Shown: positions 18,769 to 29,386 of the stretch, piece by piece
How the letters are laid out: each line of letters starts with the position of its first letter
Position numbering within the stretch: the first letter of the stretch is position 1
Source of the DNA: Candidatus Moraniibacteriota bacterium
GTDB lineage: Bacteria > Patescibacteriota > Minisyncoccia > Moranbacterales > UBA1568
DNA length: 48,492 bases
NCBI GenBank assembly: GCA_903893925.1
Contig: CAITOC010000047.1
Span: 1-48,492, forward strand
Direction of reading: 5' to 3'
Notes under the pieces: generated by a model
The model's input: the letters and a program-made list of their open reading frames with translations, nothing else
Databases searched by the model: none
What the model was told of the DNA's origin: nothing
Translations under genes and position numbers: made by a program

Positions 18769-20933
18769 TGAACCTGAATATGGTATCAAAGCGATTCAAG
18801 AGTCTCCCTCTTCATCACCCGACGAGTATCTCGGTGTTTTTGTATCTGATAATTACGCTCGTATTCACGTATCCGTTGATTGGGAACATCGGCAGTGAAA
18901 TCCCGCAAGGAAGAGGCGACGTTTATCAGGCCATGGCGAATATAGAGAGTCGTGTGGTAAGCGTGACGACGCTCAGCACGCCCGACAAGCTCGTTTTTTT
19001 CGCAAAAAATATCGGCGTTCATCTACCGTACGTGATTCTGAACCTGTTTTTCAACAAATACGTTTCCTATAATCTCCTGTTTCTCTCGAGTTTTGTCTTG
19101 AGTGCGTTGGGAGCGTATCTTCTCGCTTTTTATTTCACGAAAAACAGGTATGCCGCCTTTCTTGCGGGACTGATATACGCATTCTCGCCGTTTCACTTCT
19201 ATCAATCGACGGTGGTCAATCTCGGTACGATGCACCAGGAATGGATTCCCTTTCTCGTCTTGGTGTTTTTCAGGTTTTTCGAGAAGTTGGAAATCAGGTA
19301 TTTCGTGGCGGTTTCGATTTTCGCGTTCCTGATCGCTCTGAATGAACATCAGATGCTCGCTTTCTCCGTGTTGTTCATGGTTATGATAGCGGCATATAAG
19401 ATCTGGATCGATCGGAGCATCCTGAAAAACCGTAGATTTTGGGCATACGTGACTTGCTCCATCGTGCTCCTCGCCACCGTCGCTATTGGAATGTTCGGTG
19501 GGATGCTGAAAGTGGCTACTTCCGACAATAACTATCTGGATGCCGGAGAAAATGCCGCGAACAAATATTCCATCAAAGTGCTCGATCCGATCATGCCACC
19601 GGTCTTCCATTCGATCTGGGGCACTCTGAGCGTGAACATTCAGGAGGCTGTCCTCGGTGATTCCAACAGGGGGTCATACTTCATTGGACTATCGGTATTG
19701 GTGACGATCGTTTACTTCGCTTTCCGGGCACGGAAGAAACTCGTACCGGAAGCAGACGAGGTCACCTATCGCCATGATGTCGCGTTTTGGAGCATATCGT
19801 CACTCCTTTTTTATCTTTTTTCGCTCGGGAACTCGATTTCGATAGGGACATTCGTCATATATCTTCCTTACTATCTGATCTATCGGTTCCTTCCATTCTA
19901 TGAGAACATCCGTACGACCGGACGAATGTTCGTGTTCGTGATGTTGGGAATCTCGGTCCTGTTTTCCTACGGATTCATACAGTTGTTGAAAGAATTTCCG
20001 AAGAAAAAACTAGTGCTGACGGGAATTTTCTCTTTCGTCATACTTCTTGAATTTTGGGCCGCTCCCATAGCCATCATGTCCGTGTCGTATTCGCCCTTTT
20101 ACGATACGATCGCCAAGGATGCCGAACCGTACTCCCTGATCGAGATACCCGGCTCCACCAGCTATGAGTTCGCAAGCTATGCGATGATGACCGACGTCGT
20201 TCACAAGAAGGCGGTCCTCAACGGCATGCCGCTCGCCCGCAAGATCAGCGGTCAGTTCGATATGCAACAGGAGACCCCGATCATTAAACAGCTCCTGTAT
20301 ACGATTCCGAAAGGGAACGATCCGGATACGAAAGACATGACCGATATCCTGAAAGGATTCGACTGGTCACAGGCAAACGATATCCTGAATTATCACCATG
20401 TGCGCTATATCACGGTGAGCAAGCTCTACGCCACCGCGAAGGTACGCTCGCTTGCCGAAACATTCATCACGAATCATATCGCCGTCATGAGCCGGTATGA
20501 GGACCGGTACCTGATCGCCTACGAGGTCGTGAACACGGATCCGAAGGGATACTTCTTCTCGCTCGGAGTGAAGAATGATCAGATTTCGACCATGTTTTTG
20601 GGCGATGATTTGCAAAACTATCGCGAGATCGGGAACGGTGCCGGACTCAAGATCGTCGATATGGGATCCACACCCGAGACGCTGACGATACGGGTTCGCC
20701 TCAAGGGGGCCGTACCGGGACTGACGTTTGGGTCGGTGGGCGATACCGGTCAGACGGTTCTTCCGCTTGACTCGGACCTGAAGGAATATTCCTTCGTGAA
20801 AACGGTGCAACCAGGGGAGAATATCATTCCGTTTTCGGTCCACGATGCGTCTGGAACGCCGGTTTCGATCTCCACTACCAAAAAGAAACATCAGGCTGCG
20901 CTGGTCACCAATATCACCATTGAATCGAAATGA
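18765..20933 (+). CDS. YfhO-like multi-pass membrane protein (putative GT-C) with large C-terminal extracytoplasmic domain
   Basis: FTYPL, YN...L..F.LSALGAYLL, AGLIYAFSPFH, YFIG and LPFYENIRTTGR. ATGA overlap with the upstream gene. Confidence 0.65.
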   Translation: MMNLNMVSKRFKSLPLHHPTSISVFLYLIITLVFTYPLIGNIGSEIPQGRGDVYQAMANIESRVVSVTTLSTPDKLVFFAKNIGVHLPYVILNLFFNKYVSYNLLFLSSFVLSALGAYLLAFYFTKNRYAAFLAGLIYAFSPFHFYQSTVVNLGTMHQEWIPFLVLVFFRFFEKLEIRYFVAVSIFAFLIALNEHQMLAFSVLFMVMIAAYKIWIDRSILKNRRFWAYVTCSIVLLATVAIGMFGGMLKVATSDNNYLDAGENAANKYSIKVLDPIMPPVFHSIWGTLSVNIQEAVLGDSNRGSYFIGLSVLVTIVYFAFRARKKLVPEADEVTYRHDVAFWSISSLLFYLFSLGNSISIGTFVIYLPYYLIYRFLPFYENIRTTGRMFVFVMLGISVLFSYGFIQLLKEFPKKKLVLTGIFSFVILLEFWAAPIAIMSVSYSPFYDTIAKDAEPYSLIEIPGSTSYEFASYAMMTDVVHKKAVLNGMPLARKISGQFDMQQETPIIKQLLYTIPKGNDPDTKDMTDILKGFDWSQANDILNYHHVRYITVSKLYATAKVRSLAETFITNHIAVMSRYEDRYLIAYEVVNTDPKGYFFSLGVKNDQISTMFLGDDLQNYREIGNGAGLKIVDMGSTPETLTIRVRLKGAVPGLTFGSVGDTGQTVLPLDSDLKEYSFVKTVQPGENIIPFSVHDASGTPVSISTTKKKHQAALVTNITIESK

Positions 20934-22585
20934 TCGGATCATCAAACCGTATGCCAGAACCGAAACCGTCTTCCGTCCGTCCGACCACAAAAACCCTCCT
21001 GATCCTGCTCGTCATCGTGGCGGTGGGCGTGTTCTTCCGGACCTATCATTTCCATGATTGGTTGCAGTTCAGTCCGGATGAGGCTCGCGATGCCACGTAT
21101 ATCAGTGATGCACTCACCGGGAAGGCTCCGCTTCCGAAGCTCGGTCCGCAGGCCGGAAACACGCAGTTCTATCTCGGTCCGCTCTACTATCAGGCCGAAT
21201 ACGTCGCGGGTCGCGTGTTTGGGAACGCTCCGGACAAGATAGCCTACTTCGATTTGCTCTTCTCGATCCTCGCGATTCCGATGTTGTTTTTCTTCCTGCG
21301 GAAATGCTTCTCTGACCGGATTTCGCTCTTTTTGACCGGGGTCATGAGCGTCTCGTTTTTTGCCATCCAGATTTCACGCTTCGCTTCCAATCCGAACACT
21401 ATTCCATTCTTCGTCCCGCTTTTCCTGTATGGATTGCTCGGGTTGATGGGGGAGGAGAGAACGAAAAAATGGGCATACGCTGTCGCGGTCGGTATCGGGA
21501 TGGGTGTCGGCATCCAGCTTCATACTCTGTTATTTCTGATCATGCCCTGTGTCGGGGTCTGCGTCGCCGTGTTCCTTTTCGTGAAGCGAAGCCTGTCCAT
21601 GAGAGATCTTCTCATCGCGCTCTTCTTTTTCCTTCTCATGAATTTTGGACAGATCGGTTTCGAGATACAAAGCAACGGGGCGAACATCAGTCAGCTCTTC
21701 AAGGGAGCCGGGAGCGAATCGAGTGTCGGGGCCAGCACGCTCGTGCGCAATATTTCACTCATCGCATCATGCCAGGCGCAGGCGAATGTGAACATCGTCT
21801 TCTCGGTCATCGATGTACAGAAGTGTGGTGGGATATTCAATATCGCGAAATCGTTTCGGGCGAATAAGTATCTACCAGGAACCGCTATCTTGAACGGTAT
21901 CGTGTTCATCGTGGAAGGGATCGTGACGCTTCTCTTCTCGATGGTCGGATATATGTTCGTTCTCCGCTCATTCCGAAACGAACCCGATCGGTCGAAGCGG
22001 GATTTCTTGGGACTCGTATTTTTCTTCAACGCCGTCTCATTCATTGCGCTTGTGCCGGTCGCTTCACAGATAGAAGTGCGTTATTTCAGTATTCTTTCCG
22101 TCGTCCCATTCGTCTTGCTCGGAATCATCCTCTCGGCGCTTCCTAAAGGTCGCTCCGGTATTTCTTTTGGTACCGGCTTCATGCTGGCGCTGCTTGTGGC
22201 AAATGTCTTGACGCTTGTAGTATTGGCCCAACCGTATTTGAATGGGAACGCAAGCAATGTCGACAATAGCATTCTCGGTGAGACGGAATCGATGGCCACC
22301 TATCTCGAAACGCATACCGAAACTCGCGGCGCAGTCTTTCTCGACGGACAGACATTTTATCTGAAGCGCTTTCTTAAACCATTCGAGTATCTCGCTTTAC
22401 AACAAGGCATCTCCATCACTCGTCCAGGAAGCAATGAGCCGTTTCCTTCCGGCACGGCATACTTCTTTATAGACGGAGTCCGCTCGAAACCGTATGCACT
22501 CGGCGATAAACTCTCCGGAGACGTCATTCTCGGGTACGAGCGGTTCGGGAACATCATGATCTATTCCTTAGTAAAAACACGATGA
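20930..22585 (+). CDS. ArnT/PMT-like GT-C, paralog 3
   Basis: FRTYHFHDWLQFSPDEARD, LGPLYY, SRFASNPN, GIQLH and RYF. Confidence 0.8.
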   Translation: MIGSSNRMPEPKPSSVRPTTKTLLILLVIVAVGVFFRTYHFHDWLQFSPDEARDATYISDALTGKAPLPKLGPQAGNTQFYLGPLYYQAEYVAGRVFGNAPDKIAYFDLLFSILAIPMLFFFLRKCFSDRISLFLTGVMSVSFFAIQISRFASNPNTIPFFVPLFLYGLLGLMGEERTKKWAYAVAVGIGMGVGIQLHTLLFLIMPCVGVCVAVFLFVKRSLSMRDLLIALFFFLLMNFGQIGFEIQSNGANISQLFKGAGSESSVGASTLVRNISLIASCQAQANVNIVFSVIDVQKCGGIFNIAKSFRANKYLPGTAILNGIVFIVEGIVTLLFSMVGYMFVLRSFRNEPDRSKRDFLGLVFFFNAVSFIALVPVASQIEVRYFSILSVVPFVLLGIILSALPKGRSGISFGTGFMLALLVANVLTLVVLAQPYLNGNASNVDNSILGETESMATYLETHTETRGAVFLDGQTFYLKRFLKPFEYLALQQGISITRPGSNEPFPSGTAYFFIDGVRSKPYALGDKLSGDVILGYERFGNIMIYSLVKTR

Positions 22586-24201
22586 ACGAACGAATACAAC
22601 GGATACTTCGATCGAAGCAGGCTCTGTGGTGTGTCGTCATCGTCGTGTTCGCGCTGGCAGTCTTCCTTCGTACGTACCGGTTCCATGACTGGCTCCATTT
22701 CGGTAACGATCAGGCTCGTGACGCCGCCTTGGTCGAGAACGTAGTAAAGAATAATGCTTCCTGGCCTCAGCTTGGGTCTTCGATGGGGAACACCGGCTTT
22801 CTCCTCGGTCCGTTCTACTATTATTTCCAGATCATCTCCGTGAAGCTCTTCGGGATCGGTCCCGATAAGTTAGCGTATCCCGACCTCCTCTTCAATTTGC
22901 TCTCCATCCCACTCCTCTATTTCTTCCTGAAACGGTATTTCAACAAAGGAATCGCCTTGTCTTTGACGGGGCTCTACGGCGTCTCGTATTATGCGATCGA
23001 ATATTCCCGGTTCGCCTGGAATCCGAATCCGATCCCATTCTTCGTCATCTTGTTCTTGTGGGCGCTCTGGGAATTCCTTCTCGACTTGGAGAAAACACGA
23101 TGGGTTTGGGTGATTGCGCTCGGTATCGCTCTTGGTATCGGTTCCCAGCTCCACGCCATATTGCTTCTGACGATGTTTGGCACGCTCGGGCCAGCCTTCT
23201 TGTTTTCTTTGAGGAAAAGCCGGAAGACAGCGAGTCGGTGGGCGGTAGTGTTTCTCATAGTTTTGGTAGCGAATACCGGGCAAATCATTCATGAGTATCA
23301 GCACGACTACGAGAACACGAAAATCTTCCTGAATTCGTTTTCCGACAAGTCTGATAATGGCGGAAACAAGCGATTTATTCGGAATTTTGAACTCGATACC
23401 GCTTGCACTGCTCAGGCCAATACGTTGATTCTTTCCTCGATGGGAAACAAGGAAAACTGCGACTTCCTTTATTCCAAGGCGCGTAATACTCGACCGGGAG
23501 CGAAATTACAGTTGCCAAGCAATACGCTTTCGCTTCTCGGCATCACTGGAAGTGCGTTGTTCTCCGTCTTCGGATATGGGATGCTCGCGTTTTTGACCTG
23601 GACGGAGACCGACCGGAAGCGAAGATTTTTCACCGGCATCATCCTTCTGTATTCGGTCGTATCCTTTTCAGTGATGCTGCCGATCATCGATCAGGCGCCG
23701 ATGCGCTATTTCATCCACGTGACATTCCTGCCGTTCGTTTTCCTCGGAGTGCTCTTCGAGAGTATGAGACGGAAGCATCCCAAGCGATTTATGGTGCCGG
23801 CGCTTCTTCTTTTGGCCGTACTTGCTGTTACGAACCTTTTTTCGATCCGCGACGAGGCGATAGCTCTCGCAAATAAGAACCGTGCCGACTCCGGATACCT
23901 CGTGCTCGATGAGGCACAGACTCTTGTCGACTTTATCGTCTCTCGTGCCGGAGGATCAAAGGAAGCGTACTTGTTCGGTGGGACGCGGTATTATTCGCCG
24001 TACAACAAAACGCTCGTCTATCTGGCCGCGAAGCAGGGATTGACGCTGAAACGGGGGATCGATATCGGTGCGGTCCCGGCTGACGTACATGCATTCTATG
24101 TGGGATCGAGCCTTGGGAAGAGCGCAGCGACAGAGATCGGTGGGATGGGATTTTCCGATCATCTCGATGTCGGACAAGTGGGGATGTATCAGGTCCGGTA
24201 A
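22582..24201 (+). CDS. ArnT/PMT-like GT-C, paralog 4
   Basis: LRTYRFHDWLHFGNDQARD, LGPFYYYFQ, AYPD, YSRFAWNPN, QLH and RYF. Confidence 0.8.
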   Translation: MNERIQRILRSKQALWCVVIVVFALAVFLRTYRFHDWLHFGNDQARDAALVENVVKNNASWPQLGSSMGNTGFLLGPFYYYFQIISVKLFGIGPDKLAYPDLLFNLLSIPLLYFFLKRYFNKGIALSLTGLYGVSYYAIEYSRFAWNPNPIPFFVILFLWALWEFLLDLEKTRWVWVIALGIALGIGSQLHAILLLTMFGTLGPAFLFSLRKSRKTASRWAVVFLIVLVANTGQIIHEYQHDYENTKIFLNSFSDKSDNGGNKRFIRNFELDTACTAQANTLILSSMGNKENCDFLYSKARNTRPGAKLQLPSNTLSLLGITGSALFSVFGYGMLAFLTWTETDRKRRFFTGIILLYSVVSFSVMLPIIDQAPMRYFIHVTFLPFVFLGVLFESMRRKHPKRFMVPALLLLAVLAVTNLFSIRDEAIALANKNRADSGYLVLDEAQTLVDFIVSRAGGSKEAYLFGGTRYYSPYNKTLVYLAAKQGLTLKRGIDIGAVPADVHAFYVGSSLGKSAATEIGGMGFSDHLDVGQVGMYQVR

Positions 24202-24212
24202 ACGATACAGTT

Positions 24213-25844
24213 ATGAAGCCGTTATCGAAAAATACAACGTGGCCGTATCGTCACGTACTCATTCTGTTAGTCATCATCTTAGGAGGCGCTTTTCTTCGTA
24301 CCTACCGTCTCCACGACTGGCTGGAATTTCGGGGTGATCAGACGAGGGATGCGACCATCGTTGATACGGTGGTGAACGAAGGTTCGAAGTGGCCTCTCCT
24401 TGGTCCGAACATGAATCATACCGGGGATACCGAAGAAACCCGTTTCCATCTCGGTCCGATCTATTATGATTTTCAAATCATGTCGGCCAAGATTTTCGGA
24501 AGCAACCCGGATGTGTTAGCCTATCCCGATGTCATGTTCTGCATCCTGTCTATCCCGCTCCTGTACGCCGTCCTCAGGATATTGTTCGGGGCCAATCTCT
24601 CTCTCGGTCTCACGGGATTATATATGATTTCCCCATATATCGTCCATTATTCCCGTTATGCATGGAGTTCAAACTCGGTCCCGTTTCTCGTACTGCTCTT
24701 CCTTTATTCACTTTACAAATTTCAAAACGACGATGAAAAAACGGATTGGGTCTGGATCATCGGGCTTGGCTTCGCGTGGGGGGTCGGTTTTCAGATCCAT
24801 GCCATACTGATGGTTCTCTTTTCAACGGTTTCTCTCTTCGCATTTATCAGTTCGATGCAAAAGAATCCTGCAGTGTGGAGGCGATGGGCCGTAATAGGAA
24901 CTCTTTTCCTCATCTTGAACATGGGCCAGATCGCCTATGAGATGAAAACGAACTTTGGAAACACGAGGATATTTATCAATTATTTTTATCGTGACAAGAG
25001 TACTGAGATCCCGGTGAGCAAGTTGACGTTGTTGGAGAACGACCTCTCCTGCCATTTTGCGGCGAATTTCTTTTTTCTGACCTCGGCCGGTGAGGGCAAA
25101 TGCTTGTATGATTATTCGGAAATATTTTCGAGGGACCAAAAAATCGGTTTTGGACGGATGTTCAAAGCGGAATCCGGCAGGTTCGTCCTGATCATAAGCC
25201 TCCTGTTTTCCGTTATCGGGTATTCCTTGTTGATATGCCGTGCCAAAAATGAGGCTGTTGATGAAAAGAGGCGGTTTCTACGGCTTATGGTCTTGTACGC
25301 CGGTCTCGGATTTGTCATCATGGCGCCCCTTAGCAACGATGTTTTCAGCGATCTTCGATACTTCACCTTCGTCATATTCATGCCGTACCTTTTTCTCGGA
25401 TTCATCGTGAACGGTCTGTCTGAATGGTCTGCGAAATGGTATTCTGTCGTTGTCGTCGGCATAGTCTTCATCCTAATCGCATGGTTCGATATTTTTGGAA
25501 TTATAGAAGAAGCATCTGTGCTGAATGATGGGAATGGAATTTGTTCCCGTACGGCTATACTCGGTGAGTTGGAGCCGATAGCAGACTACGTCTCTTCGCA
25601 TGCGAATGGACGGACCTCTGTCTATTTGGATGGAGACTATATGATGATCAATTATATCATTTTTCCAATGAAGTTCCTGTTAGCGGAGCGGCACATCGAT
25701 GCGATCAAGTCCGGCGAAGAAAGCGGTGTCACAGCTTCTTCGGATACGCCGACGTTCTATGTGAGTTGCAAAGTATCGCCACAGCATATAAATGAGACCC
25801 AGAAGATCGGGCGCGCGTACGTGTATCCAATAGAGAATCGATGA
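24213..25844 (+). CDS. ArnT/PMT-like GT-C, paralog 5
   Basis: LRTYRLHDWLEFRGDQTRD, LGPIYY, AYPD, YSRYAWSSN, QIH and RYF. Confidence 0.8.
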   Translation: MKPLSKNTTWPYRHVLILLVIILGGAFLRTYRLHDWLEFRGDQTRDATIVDTVVNEGSKWPLLGPNMNHTGDTEETRFHLGPIYYDFQIMSAKIFGSNPDVLAYPDVMFCILSIPLLYAVLRILFGANLSLGLTGLYMISPYIVHYSRYAWSSNSVPFLVLLFLYSLYKFQNDDEKTDWVWIIGLGFAWGVGFQIHAILMVLFSTVSLFAFISSMQKNPAVWRRWAVIGTLFLILNMGQIAYEMKTNFGNTRIFINYFYRDKSTEIPVSKLTLLENDLSCHFAANFFFLTSAGEGKCLYDYSEIFSRDQKIGFGRMFKAESGRFVLIISLLFSVIGYSLLICRAKNEAVDEKRRFLRLMVLYAGLGFVIMAPLSNDVFSDLRYFTFVIFMPYLFLGFIVNGLSEWSAKWYSVVVVGIVFILIAWFDIFGIIEEASVLNDGNGICSRTAILGELEPIADYVSSHANGRTSVYLDGDYMMINYIIFPMKFLLAERHIDAIKSGEESGVTASSDTPTFYVSCKVSPQHINETQKIGRAYVYPIENR

Positions 25845-25870
25845 TGACGATTGTTCGCGAGTGAGCTTCT

Positions 25871-25974
25871 TATACCAAATTAACTGAATCACTGTTACGT
25901 TCAGGAGTTCGACTCCCTCTAGGGAGTCGAACTCCTCTAGTAGCGATATACAAAAAATTACGTTATTTCGGTAT
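25871..25974 (+). repeat. Copy C of the ~105-bp element (full length)
   Basis: tataccaaattaactgaatcactgttacgttc, then aggagttcgactccctctagggagtcgaactcct, then ctagtagcgatatac...gttatttcggtat. Imperfect terminal inverted repeats ataccaaattaac / gttatttcggtat. Confidence 0.88.
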
Positions 25975-26080
25975 TATGTCGAAAATAACTTGATCGTTGA
26001 ACATCGCTGCCGGAGAAGTTCGCCCCGAAAATGCTGGAGTAAACTCCCGATGTGACAGTGTTTTCGTCAACGTGGTATTA
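25974..26080 (-). repeat. Copy D (diverged, inverted, abutting copy C)
   Basis: Reverse complement taataccacgttgacgaaaacactgtcacatcgggagtttactcc...ggggcgaacttctccggcagcgatgttcaacgatcaagttattttcgacataa aligns end to end with copy F. Confidence 0.7.
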
Positions 26081-26099
26081 TACTGGTCCCAAGGTATGA

Positions 26100-27755
26100 A
26101 TGTCTATGAATACGAATGACTGTTCGAAGTTGAATATCCGGCGGATTCCGAAGCATATCTGGTTGCTCCTGTTGATTGTCTGCATCGGCGTGTTCTTGCG
26201 TACGTATCACTTCCACGACTGGCTGGAATTCAAGGGGGACCAGGCGCGCGACGCGAGCCTGGTCCAAGACGTGGTTGCGGGGAATGCCGAATGGCCCCTC
26301 ACGGGTCCCTTCATGTCCAATTCCGCCGCCAACAAGGACGAAACGTTCCATATCGGGCCTCTGTACTATTATTTTCAGATCGTTTCCGCACAAGTATTCG
26401 GCAATATCCCGGAATCATTGGCTTATCCCGATGTATTGTTCTCAATCCTTTCCTTACCGCTGTTCTACCTTTTCTTCAGGAAATACCTCGATCAGAAACT
26501 GTCTTTAGGCGTCACCTTCCTCTATGTGGTCTCCTTTTTTTTCGTGATGCATTCCCGGTTCGCGTGGAATTCCAATCTCATCCCGTGTTTCACCTTGCTC
26601 TTCCTCTTGTCCTTGTTCGAATTCGAATCGGGAGGAATCGCGGTCGGTTGGTTGTGGGCGGTCTTACTCGGTATCGCTCTTGGGGTCGGGGTGCAACTCC
26701 ATGCCATAACCATGATTATTTTTTCGGCCGTTACCGTCTTGTCAATCGGTCGTTCCATCTTCCGGAAACAATCGATCCCGTGGAAAAAATGGGCTGTGGT
26801 CTTCGCGGTGGCGCTCCTTTTGAATACGGGTCAGATTATCGGCGAAACGCAGACCGGCTTTTCCAATGCAAAGATATTCCTCGGTTACTTCACGAATACT
26901 CATCACGATACGTCCGCAAGCAATCAACCATGGAGCGACGCTCATGCGAGCCTCGTGAACGATATCGATTGCCATCTTGAGGCAAATCTCTATTTGTTTA
27001 CTTCCCTGGGTCAAGATCATTGTGTCTATTCCTTTGATGCCCTTTTGAGTGGGACGCGGAGAAATGCAATGAAAATTTTGTTTGAGACACCGCTGTTTTT
27101 CGGTGCCCTTTTCTCGATATTCGGTTTCGCCATGCTCGTGATCCGATGCGCTTCGGAAAAAGACGAGCGGAAGAGAATATGGCTTCGTATGATCGCCTGG
27201 TATATCGCTGTTTCGTTTTTGATCATGTTCCCCGTCGTCAAGGGGAGTCTGGAACTTCGGTATTTCAACTTTGCATTTTTTCTCCCATTCCTGTTCCTTG
27301 GGCTCCTTGCGGAACATGTGATGAGTCAAAAGAATACATGGCTTCTGTATACGGTTCTTTTGGCATTCCCGGCCATAGCCATGATCAATATCCTGTCATT
27401 GTCATCGGTGTATGACGAGCTCGTCCAAAAGGGCCGGATCTATTCACGCTCGGTCGTCCTCGATGAGATAGAACCGATAGCGACATACGTGGTCGCTCAT
27501 GCGGATGGACATACTACGATCTCTCTGTCAGGGAACTCCAAAATTTTGGATTATGCCTTTCATCCCCTAGTATATCTTGTCGCGCAATCCGGGAAGGAAC
27601 TCATCCGTGTCGGAGCCTCGAAAGTGGATGATGTGGCCCGTTCCGGACAGAAGGTATTCTTTGTGAGCACTACTCCTCCCGATCCGGCGGATGCTCCCGA
27701 GTATGGGGCGGTCGGAGAGAAGATATATGTATACGAGGTGAGAACGAACCAATGA
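26100..27755 (+). CDS. ArnT/PMT-like GT-C, paralog 6
   Basis: LRTYHFHDWLEFKGDQARD, IGPLYYYFQ, AYPD, HSRFAWNSN, QLH and ELRYF. Confidence 0.8.
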   Translation: MSMNTNDCSKLNIRRIPKHIWLLLLIVCIGVFLRTYHFHDWLEFKGDQARDASLVQDVVAGNAEWPLTGPFMSNSAANKDETFHIGPLYYYFQIVSAQVFGNIPESLAYPDVLFSILSLPLFYLFFRKYLDQKLSLGVTFLYVVSFFFVMHSRFAWNSNLIPCFTLLFLLSLFEFESGGIAVGWLWAVLLGIALGVGVQLHAITMIIFSAVTVLSIGRSIFRKQSIPWKKWAVVFAVALLLNTGQIIGETQTGFSNAKIFLGYFTNTHHDTSASNQPWSDAHASLVNDIDCHLEANLYLFTSLGQDHCVYSFDALLSGTRRNAMKILFETPLFFGALFSIFGFAMLVIRCASEKDERKRIWLRMIAWYIAVSFLIMFPVVKGSLELRYFNFAFFLPFLFLGLLAEHVMSQKNTWLLYTVLLAFPAIAMINILSLSSVYDELVQKGRIYSRSVVLDEIEPIATYVVAHADGHTTISLSGNSKILDYAFHPLVYLVAQSGKELIRVGASKVDDVARSGQKVFFVSTTPPDPADAPEYGAVGEKIYVYEVRTNQ

Positions 27756-29386
27756 ACGATCACAACACGAATACCGGCATACGATCTTGGGTGAGAAATA
27801 TCCCGAAAAGTGTCCTGATCCTGATCGGGATCATACTGGTCGGTATATTCCTGCGCACATACCGGTTCCACGACTGGCTGGAATTCAAGACCGACCAATC
27901 CCGGGATGCGAGCCTCGTCCAAGACGTGGTACGCCATGATGCGCCGTGGCCACTTTTGGGTCCGGCTATGGGGAATTATGCAACCGATGACGGTGCTCAT
28001 TTCCGGATCGGTCCGATATACTATTCTTTTCAGATCCTCTCCGCAAAGGTATTCGGCCCCACTCCCGACGCGTTGGCCTATCCCGATCTGTTCTTCTCGA
28101 TCCTGACGATCCCGCTCCTCTATTTTTTTCTCAGGAAAGCCTTTGCAGAGAAACTTTCTTTGTGGCTGACCGCTCTGTATACGGTTTCCTTTTTTGCCAT
28201 ACGGTATTCGCGGTTTGCCTGGAATTCCAACCTGATCCCGTTCTTCGTATTGCTCTTCCTTTTGTCCTTGTACGAATTTTGGATACGCCGGGAGCGGGTT
28301 TCGTGGTGGTGGGTCGGCGCACTCGGAGTAGCATTGGGTGTCGGAATCCAATTACATGTCATCACGCTCATACTCTTCTCGGGATTTTTTCTGTTCCTTG
28401 CCATCATCATGTCGATACGGTGGAAGGGGATTCGGTACAAGTTGCTTGCGGTTTGTACCCTGGCACTACTCCTCAACGCCGGTCAGATACGAAGCGAAGT
28501 AGAGACGAATTTCGCCAATGCGAGGATATTCCTTGGCTATTTTATGAAGAGCGACCAAATCGTCTCCCAAGACGAGACCGATGGTGGGCCGAGTATACTC
28601 AACGACGTCGACTGTCATATCCAGGGCAATTCCTATATGTTGACTTCGCTCGGAGAGGACAGTTGTTCGTATACGTTTGGGAGTCTACTCTCGGGAGAAA
28701 TGAACAAGAATGTTCGAAACTGGTTCTTTTGGGTGACGCTGGCGACGAGTCTCGCCTTCTCGGTTTTGGGATATGTCGTGCTTTTCAACCGAGCCCGCAA
28801 AGAGACGGATGCAGATAAGAGGGTCTGGTTCCTCCTTCTTGCCTCGTACCTGGCAGTCTCGTTTTTGGTCATGCTTCCCGTCATCAAGGGAAAAATCGAG
28901 CTTCGCTACTTCAGTTTTGCATTCTTTGCCCCCTTCCTTTTCCTCGGATTTTTGGTAGACTATCTGAAGTCGGCATTTCCGGGATCTTTCAAAGTCGTAG
29001 CGACTCTGCTCTTTTTGGTCATACTTTCGGCCAATACGGTTTCTCTGGTCGCGATGACTCAGGAACTTCTGGACAAGAACAGGCTGTTTTCGAACTCGGT
29101 CGTGCTCGATGAGATGGATCCGATTGTCAGTTACATGACGGAATATGCGTACGGAAATCATACCGTTTCCCTTGGTGGAGACTCCAGAATCGTGGATTTC
29201 GCATTCGCCCCGTTGCAGTACCTTTCGGAATCTCGGGGTATGACACTCGTGCGATCAGCAGATGAAGGCGTTGCATTTGCGTCTCGTAACGAGCGACCGT
29301 CGTTTTTCATCAATAACAAACAGAATTCGGCTACCGCTGTCGGATATCTGAAAATAGGCCAGAAACTCTATGTCCACCGATACTGA
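27752..29386 (+). CDS. ArnT/PMT-like GT-C, paralog 7
   Basis: LRTYRFHDWLEFKTDQSRD, IGPIYY, AYPD, YSRFAWNSN, QLH and ELRYF. Confidence 0.8.
   Translation: MNDHNTNTGIRSWVRNIPKSVLILIGIILVGIFLRTYRFHDWLEFKTDQSRDASLVQDVVRHDAPWPLLGPAMGNYATDDGAHFRIGPIYYSFQILSAKVFGPTPDALAYPDLFFSILTIPLLYFFLRKAFAEKLSLWLTALYTVSFFAIRYSRFAWNSNLIPFFVLLFLLSLYEFWIRRERVSWWWVGALGVALGVGIQLHVITLILFSGFFLFLAIIMSIRWKGIRYKLLAVCTLALLLNAGQIRSEVETNFANARIFLGYFMKSDQIVSQDETDGGPSILNDVDCHIQGNSYMLTSLGEDSCSYTFGSLLSGEMNKNVRNWFFWVTLATSLAFSVLGYVVLFNRARKETDADKRVWFLLLASYLAVSFLVMLPVIKGKIELRYFSFAFFAPFLFLGFLVDYLKSAFPGSFKVVATLLFLVILSANTVSLVAMTQELLDKNRLFSNSVVLDEMDPIVSYMTEYAYGNHTVSLGGDSRIVDFAFAPLQYLSESRGMTLVRSADEGVAFASRNERPSFFINNKQNSATAVGYLKIGQKLYVHRY

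Noticed and set aside
25965-25990. Junction atttcggtattatgtcgaaaat looks loosely like a Xer dif/pdif site
   Set aside because: It lacks the 11-6-11 layout and is explained by two abutting element ends.
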